Source: an uncultured virus (IMG/VR IMGVR_UViG_3300025674_009014) (taxonomy: Duplodnaviria > Heunggongvirae > Uroviricota > Caudoviricetes). Taken from it: DNA of 64,000 nt. The stretch's first letter is position 1. Every line of letters begins with the position of its first letter. Where the stretch lies: IMG/VR virus record IMGVR_UViG_3300025674_009014. The stretch is one strand, 5' to 3'. The position numbers and the translations under genes are program-made. Of the stretch, positions 28,025-38,128 are shown one piece after another. Below the pieces are notes generated by a model. The model searched no databases. It saw nothing but the letters and a program-made list of their open reading frames with translations, and had not been told where the DNA came from.

Positions 28025-30027
28025 AAAATTCAAATTTAGTATGCTTGTATCAAACTAATCATATTGCAATCACTCAAAATAATGGCGAAATTCGGCCTTG
28101 TTGCTGGTTCAACGACAAAGATTTGGATTATTTCTGGGATAGTTTTTTTACTGATAATCTCAAAAATCTCAATAAAATTCATAGAAGTTATGCATGGTTT
28201 GATTTGCGCCAAAGATTGTTGGAAGAAGGTAATACATTTCCAGGCTGTCGAAATTGCTGGGAAGCAGAGAGAATAGGTTATTACAGCAAAAGAGAATCTT
28301 ATAATGATATTTGTAAACAGGAAGGATATCAAGAATTAGAATTAGAAGATTTGGAATTATCATTAGATAATAAATGTAATTTTATGTGTAGAATTTGTCG
28401 ACCAGGACAAAGTAGCGTCTGGAATAGTGCGATAAGTAAAATTCCTGAACTATTTGATATAGATAAAAATCACTATCAGGATTTTACTGAAAACCAGAAA
28501 AGACATGATAAAATTGTGGAATTGTTGAATAATACAGATTTGAGTAAAATAAGAAGACTGGCATTAGTGGGAGGTGAGCCTTTTTTGAGTTTTAGATTTT
28601 TCTGGTTTTTACAGTTATTGGAAAAACAGTGTAATTTATCTGAGATGACTATGAGAATTAATACTAATTGTAGTATTTTTCCTTCCAAAGATAAAATGAA
28701 TATTTTGAAGAAAATGAAAAAAGTATATTTGGATGTTAGCATAGACGCCACTGAAAATTTATTCGAAGTTATCAGGTACGGTAGACCTTGGAAATTAGTC
28801 CTCAACACATTGAAGAAATTTATTGAAGAAACGGAATTTGAAATTAAAATTCACCCCACTATTAGTATTATGAACATAAACAAAATTAATGATTTAGTTA
28901 GTTTTGCCGAAGATATGAAAATAAAGATAGTTCCAGCACAATTGCAATTTCCAGAATTTTTACGTCAGAATATGATACCTCTTGATTTTAGAAAAAAATG
29001 GATCATTCCAGATGATGGGGAAAAATTTAACATTGAAATATTTAATACAAATCATGAAATAGAATATAGAAAGCAATTTAATAATATTATATTAAATGAT
29101 CACCAATCTGTGAATTTGATGAATCAATTTATAGAAAGTATGAATGTTTTAGATGATTATCAGGGTAAAAAATTTAAAGATGTGAATCCAGAAATTTGGG
29201 ATTTAGTGAATGATTTAAAAATAAGTGATAACACCCACAAAATAATTAAAAAACATGAAGGCGAATTAAAAACAATTAAAAAAAATAGAACATTCAAAGT
29301 GTCTGATGAGAATTTGAGGGATGTTTCTTTTTTATATGATATGGTAAATCTAGAAGAAATATATCTGCATAATTGTAACATAGAAACGTTTTGTTTTAGA
29401 TATTTAAAAAAATTAAAAAAAATAGATATTGGATATAATAATATAAAGGATATATCGTCTTTAGATGTTTTAGAAGATTTATATTGGTTATCAATGGGTG
29501 GCAATAACGTAAGTGATTTTTCTTCTATCTTAAATAAAAATATTGAGTATTTATGGATTCATGGTAATCCTGTAGGTAATATCTTGCAATTTAAGAATTT
29601 TGAAAATTTGCAGGTTTTGAGTGTGGATTCTATAGGGTTAAAAGATCCAGAAAATATTTCTATGTTTGAGAATTTGATAGAATTAGACTGTAATAATAAT
29701 GAAATAAAAAATTTAAATTTTTTAAAAAAATTAAAAAAATTAAAATCTTTAAATTTAGATAACAATAATATTTTTGATATTTCTGAAATAGGGGAATTGA
29801 AAAATTTAGAAGCTCTATCATTAATCAATAATAGAATAGAAGATATTAGTGTATTGTCTAAATTAAAAAAATTAAAATTTTTAAGAATTGTAGAAGGTAA
29901 TGATATTAAAATATATGGTGAAGTTAAAAAAATGAAATTGATGAAATGTGATATAATAGATAATGTAGGATATAAAAATTATTTTGACAACAATATTTGT
30001 TTTGATATACACGATTTAATACCATGA
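28021..30027 (+). CDS. Radical SAM protein (N-terminal Cys-rich domain) fused to C-terminal leucine-rich repeats
   Basis: RPCC, CRNC, CNFMCRIC, GGEPF, SIDA; then repeated LxxLxLxxNxIxDI units. Confidence 0.9.
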   Translation: MKNSNLVCLYQTNHIAITQNNGEIRPCCWFNDKDLDYFWDSFFTDNLKNLNKIHRSYAWFDLRQRLLEEGNTFPGCRNCWEAERIGYYSKRESYNDICKQEGYQELELEDLELSLDNKCNFMCRICRPGQSSVWNSAISKIPELFDIDKNHYQDFTENQKRHDKIVELLNNTDLSKIRRLALVGGEPFLSFRFFWFLQLLEKQCNLSEMTMRINTNCSIFPSKDKMNILKKMKKVYLDVSIDATENLFEVIRYGRPWKLVLNTLKKFIEETEFEIKIHPTISIMNINKINDLVSFAEDMKIKIVPAQLQFPEFLRQNMIPLDFRKKWIIPDDGEKFNIEIFNTNHEIEYRKQFNNIILNDHQSVNLMNQFIESMNVLDDYQGKKFKDVNPEIWDLVNDLKISDNTHKIIKKHEGELKTIKKNRTFKVSDENLRDVSFLYDMVNLEEIYLHNCNIETFCFRYLKKLKKIDIGYNNIKDISSLDVLEDLYWLSMGGNNVSDFSSILNKNIEYLWIHGNPVGNILQFKNFENLQVLSVDSIGLKDPENISMFENLIELDCNNNEIKNLNFLKKLKKLKSLNLDNNNIFDISEIGELKNLEALSLINNRIEDISVLSKLKKLKFLRIVEGNDIKIYGEVKKMKLMKCDIIDNVGYKNYFDNNICFDIHDLIP

Positions 30028-30842
30028 TAGAATCAGAATATATTAATTTTAAAAAAAAACGTGTTAAATTTAATGAAAATAATTATGGTCTATCGTCTAT
30101 AGAGGTCAACATAACCGAATTATGTAATAGGAAATGTTATTTTTGTCCAAGATCATCTTTTTATCCTAATTTAAATTTAAACATGAGTGTAGGAAATTCT
30201 ATAATTTTAAAAAATAGATTAGATGAAATAAATTTTACAGGAACTCTTGCTTTTTCTGGTAATGGGGAACCTTTATTGAATCCAAATGTTTACAGTATTA
30301 TTAATAATTTGAAAAAATATAAACCTTATCTTATAACTAATGGAGATAGAATTTTAAAAAATGAAAAAATAATAGATCATTTATTTGATAATGGTTTAAA
30401 TTATCTGGTTCTCAACGAATACGATTCGAATGAAAACTATGATAAAAAAATGAAAATGGTAAAGGGTAGAAATATTATTGTTAAAAATCAATTTAAATTT
30501 CCATTAAATTATACGAATAGGAAAAGAGAACATGTTGATAATCAATTTGAGAATAAGGTTTGTTATTTTCCTTTTTATAAAACCGTTGTGGATTACAATT
30601 TAAATTTGAGATTTTGTAATAATGACTGGAAACATAAAATTATCATAGGTAATTTAGAGCAATCTTCTATTAGAGATATTTGGTTGAGTGATCATGTAAA
30701 CAAAATGAGAATGCACCTTATGAAAGGTGAAAGAAAATGTATTATTTCTTGTGAAAACTGCGATGTAAATGGAACTATTATAGGCGAAAAAAATTATGAG
30801 TATTTCAAGACCCGACTGGACAATAAAGAACGAAAATTCTAA
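30024..30842 (+). CDS. Radical SAM/SPASM protein
   Basis: CNRKCYFC, GNGEPLL, TNG, C..PF...CNND..IGNL...CENC. Confidence 0.9.
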   Translation: MIESEYINFKKKRVKFNENNYGLSSIEVNITELCNRKCYFCPRSSFYPNLNLNMSVGNSIILKNRLDEINFTGTLAFSGNGEPLLNPNVYSIINNLKKYKPYLITNGDRILKNEKIIDHLFDNGLNYLVLNEYDSNENYDKKMKMVKGRNIIVKNQFKFPLNYTNRKREHVDNQFENKVCYFPFYKTVVDYNLNLRFCNNDWKHKIIIGNLEQSSIRDIWLSDHVNKMRMHLMKGERKCIISCENCDVNGTIIGEKNYEYFKTRLDNKERKF

Positions 30843-31659
30843 CAAAGAAATTATTGATTTATCTAAAAATTGCTGTTATGATACCGTGCTTAATAAAAAA
30901 TTTAATGAATTTTTAAATGAGATATATTTTGATATTCATTTGTTTCCTGATGATTTTACTGTATACGATTCTATTTCATCTCACTATAACCTAAAAAAAT
31001 CAAATTTAGCTATTGGTCTAGGTACATGGGAATTGATAGATAGAATTTTATACACATTTGATTATAAAACAATATACTATAGTTTACCTACATGGAATCA
31101 CATACAAATAATATCAAAAAAAAATAATTATAAATTTTGCAATAATGCAGATGTTTTATATTTAGAAAATCCAAATGGTCAAACAGGTGAACAATTGTCC
31201 AAAGATGAGGTATTGAAATTGATTCAAAATTATAAGTTGGTGATAATTGATGAGGCCTATGGTGATTTTGGAACATATCAAATGTTTGGTGAGGAATTTG
31301 AAAATGTTTTTATAACTAAAACATTTTCAAAACTTTTTTCTTTTACTGGTATTCGTCAGGCATTTGCTTTTTCAAATGAAAAATTAATTAACAAGATTCA
31401 ACAAAATAGAATGAATTTTTCATCGACATCTTTTTCTGGATTAACTATAGATTTTTTATTTTCACACAAAAATGATCATATTCAAAGAATGAAAAATACA
31501 AAAAAATATTTAGAAAATAAATATGAACACATCAAATCTTATTCAAATTCAGTTTTTTTAAAAGAAAGACCTATGTTCATTAAAAAAAATATTAAAATAC
31601 TTGAATCTAACGATGTTTTCAGAATGGCTTTATGCTCAATGGATTTAATAGATAGATGA
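30796..31659 (+). CDS. PLP-dependent aminotransferase class I/II (HisC-like)
   Basis: NPNGQTG, IDEAY, KTFSKLFSFTGIR. Confidence 0.85.
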   Translation: MSISRPDWTIKNENSNKEIIDLSKNCCYDTVLNKKFNEFLNEIYFDIHLFPDDFTVYDSISSHYNLKKSNLAIGLGTWELIDRILYTFDYKTIYYSLPTWNHIQIISKKNNYKFCNNADVLYLENPNGQTGEQLSKDEVLKLIQNYKLVIIDEAYGDFGTYQMFGEEFENVFITKTFSKLFSFTGIRQAFAFSNEKLINKIQQNRMNFSSTSFSGLTIDFLFSHKNDHIQRMKNTKKYLENKYEHIKSYSNSVFLKERPMFIKKNIKILESNDVFRMALCSMDLIDR

Positions 31660-32420
31660 GAACTAAAGTTTATATTGTAGGAATGCCTTCTCTATTAGAA
31701 GAAAAACGACCTATATGGGAAGAAATGTTTGAAGGATTTGACATAAACTATTTACTTACAAATTATATTTCTATGGATTTTCATAAAACTGTATACATAT
31801 ATTCTAATTTTGAAACGAAATATACTATGGAAGAATTGTACGGATTATACTCTGATTATTTTCCAGAAGTAATGAAAATGTTGCTAAAAAATTTTTATGA
31901 ATTTGCTGGATTTAAAACTGATGTTGACATTAGGACAATGAGAACTAATGAAATACAAGAAAGAATGAATGAATTCGTTTTTTTAAAGGAAATGAAAGTT
32001 GACGATTATGATAAAATAGTTGTTTGTTCATCTACTATCATTAAAAATGACAATCATTTTTCTGATAGAAAAAATAAAGGAATGACTGTCAGAGAGTTTA
32101 TAGAACATGAAGAGAGTTTCATAACTGCGGATAGTTATAGTTGCAAAAAATCCATGGGAAAAGGTTGTAAAAATTTTTGGTGGTGTGACACTTCAACTTT
32201 TTTAAAAATTCAAGAAAATTGTAATCAAAGATTAATTGATTTTTATAAAGATTATTTTAATGTAGAAAATTTTAAAAGAATAATATTTGATTCAGAAATG
32301 GTGAGATTGTGTGTATTGGACGGATATGGACTAAAGATAGGTAGAATTGGATATCAAAAATGGAGACCAGATTTGGAGAGAAATGGAATACCCAGAGAAT
32401 ATAAAATTATTTCAATTTGA
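31656..32420 (+). CDS. Hypothetical protein
   Basis: 254-aa ORF, ATGA overlap. Confidence 0.65.
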   Translation: MRTKVYIVGMPSLLEEKRPIWEEMFEGFDINYLLTNYISMDFHKTVYIYSNFETKYTMEELYGLYSDYFPEVMKMLLKNFYEFAGFKTDVDIRTMRTNEIQERMNEFVFLKEMKVDDYDKIVVCSSTIIKNDNHFSDRKNKGMTVREFIEHEESFITADSYSCKKSMGKGCKNFWWCDTSTFLKIQENCNQRLIDFYKDYFNVENFKRIIFDSEMVRLCVLDGYGLKIGRIGYQKWRPDLERNGIPREYKIISI

Positions 32421-32658
32421 AAATTTTACAATTGCCTATTATGATGGAGAAATAGATATTGAATTTTTTAACCACGAAATAAAATTATACGAAAACACTA
32501 AACATGAAATGTTCACCATCTCTCACAGCGAGAATTATATTTTTGGAAAAACGTCATTAATAAAATTATACTTTTCTAAAAATACAAATATAAATTTTTA
32601 TAAGTGTTTGGAGATGGTAGATGAGGTTCAAGTATGTCCTTATATGATAAAAGATTAA
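32383..32658 (+). CDS. Hypothetical protein
   Basis: ORF 32347..32658; ATG 32383 follows GGAGAG. Confidence 0.5.
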   Translation: MEYPENIKLFQFENFTIAYYDGEIDIEFFNHEIKLYENTKHEMFTISHSENYIFGKTSLIKLYFSKNTNINFYKCLEMVDEVQVCPYMIKD

Positions 32659-32659
32659 A

Positions 32660-33799
32660 ATGAAAAATATTGAAGATTTATCTAATCGATACCAGATAAT
32701 TTGGGATTTGGGTAGAAGATGTTCTTATGCATGTACATATTGTCCTCCTCATAGGAATAATAAAACGTCTAAATTTATTGACTATGAAACATTGTGCGAA
32801 TCAATGAGATATGTGGCAGAATATGCTGAATTATATGATACCTTTAGAAAATTTCCATCTAGAAAAAAATTAAGTTTTACGGGAGGAGAGCCGACAATAC
32901 ATCCAGATTTCTTTAAATTTTTAGAGTTTATTAAAAATGAATATCCAGATTTTAGTAGAGGATTGACAACGAATGGTTGGTTTGGCACTAAAATATTGAA
33001 TCAGGTCATGGAGTTAACGACAGGAGGCACTCTATCATATCACTGTGAGGCCACTTCTTCAATGAAATCTAAAGTGGTTGAAAATGCTATTGCCTTAAAA
33101 GAGAATTTTAAAGTTAATGTCATGTTTCATAAAAATTTTTTTGATGAATGTATAGAGGTATGTGAAAAATTAGAAAAGAATAATGTAAAATTTATACCTA
33201 GAATCATTGGAGATGAAGAAAGTGATGAGAAAGCAATAGAGTTAGGTTATGCCCATAAGTATACTAGGGATCAAATGAAATGGTTCAGAAATTTTTGGAA
33301 AGAAAAAGGACAAAACGTTGCGGATTCGGGTGAAAGTCAAAAAGGCCTTGGCAGACCTTGTTGTGGAGGTAGACGTTTTAGGGCAGATGGTGTAGATTCT
33401 TATTTTTTACCAGATACAAATTTTTTTGGATGGAATTGTATGGTAAATTGGTATTTTCTGTTTTTAAATTCAGAATTGGATGCTGTATATACTCACCAAA
33501 CATGTGCGGTAAATTTAAATGGAGATGTTGCGCCTTTGGGTAAAATATCTGAGTTTGATAAAATTATAGAAGAATTAGCTGATAAATTATATGCTAAAAA
33601 GGCGCCTATTATTACTTGTCCAAAATCATTCTGTGGGTGTGGGATGTGCATAACAAAATCAAAAAATGATATAAGTAAAATGTTTAATGCACACACTATA
33701 GATGAATTGGGATATGAAATAATATCACAGAAAAATAGTAATTATGAGAGGGATTTGCATGTGAAAAAATTATTTGAGACCATAGAATATGAAAATTGA
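32660..33799 (+). CDS. Radical SAM protein with C-terminal Cys cluster
   Basis: WDLGRRCSYACTYCPP, TGGEPTIHP, TTNG, CPKSFCGCGMC. Confidence 0.92.
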   Translation: MKNIEDLSNRYQIIWDLGRRCSYACTYCPPHRNNKTSKFIDYETLCESMRYVAEYAELYDTFRKFPSRKKLSFTGGEPTIHPDFFKFLEFIKNEYPDFSRGLTTNGWFGTKILNQVMELTTGGTLSYHCEATSSMKSKVVENAIALKENFKVNVMFHKNFFDECIEVCEKLEKNNVKFIPRIIGDEESDEKAIELGYAHKYTRDQMKWFRNFWKEKGQNVADSGESQKGLGRPCCGGRRFRADGVDSYFLPDTNFFGWNCMVNWYFLFLNSELDAVYTHQTCAVNLNGDVAPLGKISEFDKIIEELADKLYAKKAPIITCPKSFCGCGMCITKSKNDISKMFNAHTIDELGYEIISQKNSNYERDLHVKKLFETIEYEN

Positions 33800-34781
33800 T
33801 GTTATAGAAATTGAATTGTCATCTTTATGTAATGCAAGATGTTCTGATTGCATGAGAACTAAATTGGACAATAAAAAAATTTCTTACTTTAAGGGTAATT
33901 TATCATTAAAGCAGATCAAACAAAATTTTTATAATTTAGATATGAAAAATACTAAAATTAAATTATGCGGTGTTTTGGGTGATCCAATGTTAAATCCAGA
34001 ATTAGAACTTATAATAGAATATTTTATTTTTAGCAAAAATGTAAAAAATATTGAGATGTCAACTAATGGTGGAGCAAAAACTAAGGATTTTTGGAAAAAT
34101 TTAGGTGAATTATCTAAAATGTCAAATGAAAAATTTGTTGTGCATTGGTCAATCGATGGTGTGACTAGAAATGATTACAGAGAAAACGTAAACATTAACA
34201 AAGTTTGGGAAAATGTAAATACATACAATCAAGCAGGAGGTTTGAGTGTGTGGCAATACATATTGTTTGACTATAATTTTAGTGAATTAACTTTAGCAAA
34301 GAAAATAGCAGATGAGAAAGGAATGACTTTTTTAACTAGAAATAGTTGGAGAAATAACAGTGAATCTGCAAAACACAATAAATCAACTAATTCAAAAGAA
34401 TTGGATGTAAACAGTGTTGAAAGTATAAAACAAAAAATACTGGATGATGATTACGATTCAGTAAATATTAAATGCAGACATAAAATAAAAAATGAAATTT
34501 TTATAAGTGTGGATAATAAATTATGGCCTTGTTGTCATCTGTATGATGAAAATGTAAAAGAAAAATCAATTGTAGAACTTGGATTGAGTAATGTTTTTAA
34601 TAATTATGGTAATAATTTTAATGATTTAAATATACATTCCTTAACTGAGATATTGAATTCTGAATGGTATTTGAAGACATTAGTAGATGGTTGGAATAAA
34701 AATAGTAAATTTCATGTGCCTAGATGTTGGTTCTCTTGTGGCGATGGTGGTAAAAGATCAGTAATAAAGGAAAAATTATGA
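33789..34781 (+). CDS. Radical SAM protein with C-terminal SPASM/twitch-like domain
   Basis: CNARCSDC, GDP, TNGG, WSIDG, WPCC, RCWFSC. Confidence 0.9.
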   Translation: MKIDVIEIELSSLCNARCSDCMRTKLDNKKISYFKGNLSLKQIKQNFYNLDMKNTKIKLCGVLGDPMLNPELELIIEYFIFSKNVKNIEMSTNGGAKTKDFWKNLGELSKMSNEKFVVHWSIDGVTRNDYRENVNINKVWENVNTYNQAGGLSVWQYILFDYNFSELTLAKKIADEKGMTFLTRNSWRNNSESAKHNKSTNSKELDVNSVESIKQKILDDDYDSVNIKCRHKIKNEIFISVDNKLWPCCHLYDENVKEKSIVELGLSNVFNNYGNNFNDLNIHSLTEILNSEWYLKTLVDGWNKNSKFHVPRCWFSCGDGGKRSVIKEKL

Positions 34782-35572
34782 AATTGAATTATGATAATAA
34801 AAAAATTGAGATTATTATACCTAAAACAGTTCCTAGATATAAAGAAGATGTATTGAAATTTTTGTATCAGCACGATGTCGATTGGATAATTGAGCATGAA
34901 AAAAAAGGAACTTTTAATAGCGATCAAAATAATGTTGAACAAATACCAGTAAAAACTATCGGTATTTGGATGTCAGGAGGTGCTGATAGTTCTTTGTTAG
35001 CCTATCTGTTGACAAAAAAAATAAAAGATGAGAATCTTGATGTTTTATTACAACCATTAAGTGTTAGGAGAATACCTAAAACATGGAACGTTTTATATGC
35101 AACAAATGTTGTGGATTTTATTAAAGATCAATTGAAAGTTGATAACATACTGGATCTAAAATCATATTGGCCATCCCTTGATGATGATTATCAGGCAAAT
35201 TTTAAAGAATTTGTTGACAGGGATCATGAAAATTTTTCAAAAAATTTATTACAAGTTATGTATAGTGGTATAACTTCAAATCCCCCCAAAGGTGAGTTAG
35301 ATGAAGAAAGTACTCAAACAAATAGAGATGATGGTCAAGGAACTATTTTAATTAAGGATGATTGGCCTTTGAGAACATATTATAATCCTTTTGCTAAAAT
35401 AAACAAAAAAACATTAGCAAAAATATATGATGATTTTGGTCTGCTGGAGACATTATTTCCTATTACTAGAAGTTGTGAAGGATTTGAACAGGATACAAAA
35501 AATTATACAGTTCACTGTGAAAAATGTTGGTGGTGCAAAGAAAGATTTTGGGCATTTGGGAGGTATATTTGA
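34778..35572 (+). CDS. QueC-like PP-loop ATP pyrophosphatase (copy 1)
   Basis: MSGGADS PP-loop, NPF, TRSC...HCEKCWWCKER Zn motif. Confidence 0.8.
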   Translation: MKLNYDNKKIEIIIPKTVPRYKEDVLKFLYQHDVDWIIEHEKKGTFNSDQNNVEQIPVKTIGIWMSGGADSSLLAYLLTKKIKDENLDVLLQPLSVRRIPKTWNVLYATNVVDFIKDQLKVDNILDLKSYWPSLDDDYQANFKEFVDRDHENFSKNLLQVMYSGITSNPPKGELDEESTQTNRDDGQGTILIKDDWPLRTYYNPFAKINKKTLAKIYDDFGLLETLFPITRSCEGFEQDTKNYTVHCEKCWWCKERFWAFGRYI

Positions 35573-36621
35573 ACGATAAATTCTGTATTGCACCATTCAT
35601 ATCAATGTCATTAATGCCAAATGGATACTATAGACCTTGTTGTTTGTATAAACCCCTACCATATAAAGATGAAAAGTTCAAAAAATACTCTATATTAGAA
35701 ACATTTAATAGTGATGAAAATAAAAATTTAAGAAAAAAATTTTTAAATGGAGAAATTGTGGAGAATTGTTTTGCCTGTCACAAATATGAAAGTGAAGGTA
35801 ATTGGAGTTTAAGAAATCAATTAAACGCAAAGTATTATGATGAAAAAAACATAAAAAATCCTAAGATAAAATACCTAGAATTTTCTTTGAGTAACATTTG
35901 CAATTTAAAATGTATAATGTGCAGTTCGGATTATAGTAATAGATTTAAAGGTTATAGAGAAATTAATAATTTTGATGTGTTTAAAAATTTAGATTTTGAT
36001 GAAATTGATGAAGCTGTTTTATCGGGAGGTGAACCTTTTGCCGAAAAAAGATTATACTCTATTTTAGATAAAATGAGTAAGAATACTAAATTAACCATAA
36101 ATACTAATTGTACAATCTTTCCCGATGATCAAATTTTAAGTGAATTGAAAAAATTCAAAAATGTCAATATTAAAGTCAGTTTTGATGCTACATCTGACAC
36201 TGTAGTTTTAATTAGAAGAGGTATAAAATATGAAAATTTTTTAAAAACTTTAGAAGAATGGAAAAAAAACTATTTTTTCATATCGTTTCAATTAGTTTAT
36301 CAAATAATGAATTGTCTTGATATATTAAACATAGAAAAAGTTATGAACAGATATTCTGATGATATTTTATTCACTCCTCTGTATAATCCTAAGATGTTAG
36401 ATGTTTCATATATACCCGATGAATTTAAAAAAATAATACTGGAATACTCTAAAAACTCTAAATTTTTAGATTTAATCGATAAACATTTAAAATCAAATAA
36501 ATATAATCATGATGTTGTTTCTGAATTTTTATTGAACTACAATAATATAAAACATAAAAAGTTTCCAAAAAATTTGAGTAATTTCTTAAACGAATTAGAA
36601 AGGTTTCATGAAAGATTTTAA
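35569..36621 (+). CDS. Radical SAM protein with N-terminal Cys-rich domain
   Basis: FCIAPF...RPCC...CFAC, CNLKCIMC, GGEPF; TTG start overlapping the upstream TGA. Confidence 0.9.
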   Translation: MNDKFCIAPFISMSLMPNGYYRPCCLYKPLPYKDEKFKKYSILETFNSDENKNLRKKFLNGEIVENCFACHKYESEGNWSLRNQLNAKYYDEKNIKNPKIKYLEFSLSNICNLKCIMCSSDYSNRFKGYREINNFDVFKNLDFDEIDEAVLSGGEPFAEKRLYSILDKMSKNTKLTINTNCTIFPDDQILSELKKFKNVNIKVSFDATSDTVVLIRRGIKYENFLKTLEEWKKNYFFISFQLVYQIMNCLDILNIEKVMNRYSDDILFTPLYNPKMLDVSYIPDEFKKIILEYSKNSKFLDLIDKHLKSNKYNHDVVSEFLLNYNNIKHKKFPKNLSNFLNELERFHERF

Positions 36622-37228
36622 AGACAAAATTAAGAAATCCATTTTCAAATCTCAGAGATGTCAGAGAAATTGGGATTTGAATAAGATCATTCCAAAAGAA
36701 GATTTGGATTTAATAGTAACTTCTGCGACTGAATGTCCAACAAAACAAAATATTGAATTTTATAATTTACATGTTATTCAGGACAGAGATATAATTGAAG
36801 ATATTCATGATAAAACATATTTTGAAAATGACAATCAAGAAGGAAGAACCAATCCTCAAGTATTGGCAAATGCATTACTGGTTTTTTCTAAAAATAAATT
36901 AGAAAATTCTAAAAATCAAGAAAATGTTAACAATGTTAATGGTAACATGACTTCAAATGATGAAGTGACCGTTGAAGAAGATTTGCATCAGGCGATAGGT
37001 ATTGCTGCTGGATTTGTTAATTTAACAGCTAGTATGTTAGATTATGAGACAGGATGTTGCAAGTGTTTCGATGCACAAGAAGTAAAAAGAATTTTGAATA
37101 CGGAATTTGATCCTGTATTATTGATGGGAGTTGGTATTAAAGATTCTACGAAAAATAGAAGACAACATCATATTACTGATGATATGATACCATCATTCAA
37201 TAAGAAAATAAATGTCACATATGCCTGA
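36608..37228 (+). CDS. Nitroreductase-family (FMN) protein
   Basis: SQRCQRNW, CPTKQN, IGIAAGFVNLTASMLDYETGC, LMGVG. Confidence 0.8.
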   Translation: MKDFKDKIKKSIFKSQRCQRNWDLNKIIPKEDLDLIVTSATECPTKQNIEFYNLHVIQDRDIIEDIHDKTYFENDNQEGRTNPQVLANALLVFSKNKLENSKNQENVNNVNGNMTSNDEVTVEEDLHQAIGIAAGFVNLTASMLDYETGCCKCFDAQEVKRILNTEFDPVLLMGVGIKDSTKNRRQHHITDDMIPSFNKKINVTYA

Positions 37229-37331
37229 TAAAAACAATGAAGTTGATGAAGATGAATCTAATGAAGATGAATCTGATGATGATTCAAATTTAGAAAAAAA
37301 TTATAATTACGACATCTATATTTATGAATAG
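37221..37331 (+). CDS. 36-aa acidic/Tyr-rich peptide, candidate RiPP precursor (MPDKNNEVDEDESNEDESDDDSNLEKNYNYDIYIYE)
   Basis: Hand-translated; ATG overlaps the nitroreductase stop (ATGCCTGA) and the TAG lies in the AGGA RBS of the next gene; fills the gap exactly; below the ORF-track cutoff. Confidence 0.65.
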   Translation: MPDKNNEVDEDESNEDESDDDSNLEKNYNYDIYIYE

Positions 37332-37336
37332 GAACT

Positions 37337-38107
37337 ATGATTATTGAAATTGAGAATCAAAAAGTAGAAATTATTATACCTAAAAAAGTTAGTCATAAAT
37401 TTATGTTTAAGCGAGTTTATTATGATATTGAAGAGTATAAACTAGGTGATATAAAATTTTTTGATGATACAATGAAAAATCAATTTAAAGAAGTTAAAAC
37501 ACTGGGAATATGGATGTCTGGTGGTGCTGATAGTTCTATTTTGGCATATTTATTGGCGAAAAAAATTATTGATGAGAAATTATCAATAAACATTTTGCCT
37601 TTGAGTGTGCGCAGAACCAGACCTTGGAATCCTTTGTATGCACAAAATGTTGTTGATTTCATTGAGGAAAATTTAAAATTTAAATTTTTAGATCATAAAA
37701 TTTTTTATCCTGATATAAACGATTCTTATCAATGTGAAGATAAGGAATTTAGAGATAGGAATGTTGAATTATTCGAAAAAGATGAAATGCAAATTCTATA
37801 TAGTGGAATAACTTGCAATCCGCCGAATGATGCTCCTATTGATAAAAATAAAGAAAGAGTGAGAGATGTTGATGCTAAAAGAGAAATTTACAATGAAAGT
37901 CCGGACGGTTGTTTCATAAATCCTTTTTTTAATATCAATAAAAAATTTATTTATAAAATTTATCATAAATTTGATCTATTAAACACATTATTTCCTATTA
38001 CTAGAAGTTGTGAAGGTTCAATTGAAGATTCTGGTAATTACACCTATCATTGCGGTAAGTGTTGGTGGTGTGAAGAAAGATTATGGGCATTTGGAAAACT
38101 ACAATAA
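37337..38107 (+). CDS. QueC-like PP-loop ATP pyrophosphatase (copy 2)
   Basis: MSGGADS, YSGITCNPP, TRSC...HCGKCWWCEER; clear paralog of 34778..35572. Confidence 0.8.
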   Translation: MIIEIENQKVEIIIPKKVSHKFMFKRVYYDIEEYKLGDIKFFDDTMKNQFKEVKTLGIWMSGGADSSILAYLLAKKIIDEKLSINILPLSVRRTRPWNPLYAQNVVDFIEENLKFKFLDHKIFYPDINDSYQCEDKEFRDRNVELFEKDEMQILYSGITCNPPNDAPIDKNKERVRDVDAKREIYNESPDGCFINPFFNINKKFIYKIYHKFDLLNTLFPITRSCEGSIEDSGNYTYHCGKCWWCEERLWAFGKLQ

Positions 38108-38128
38108 TAAAGAAATAAAATTTAAAAA

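Noticed and set aside
29280..29900. Repetitive AAAAAATTAAAAAAATTAAAA-type DNA
   Set aside because: Explained by leucine-rich-repeat coding (LKKLKKL), not a separate DNA repeat element.
34778..38107. Calling a 7-deazaguanine DNA-modification (queC/queE/dpdA) pathway
   Set aside because: Only divergent QueC-like genes are present. None of the radical SAMs looks like compact QueE, and no folE, queD or dpdA is visible in the window.
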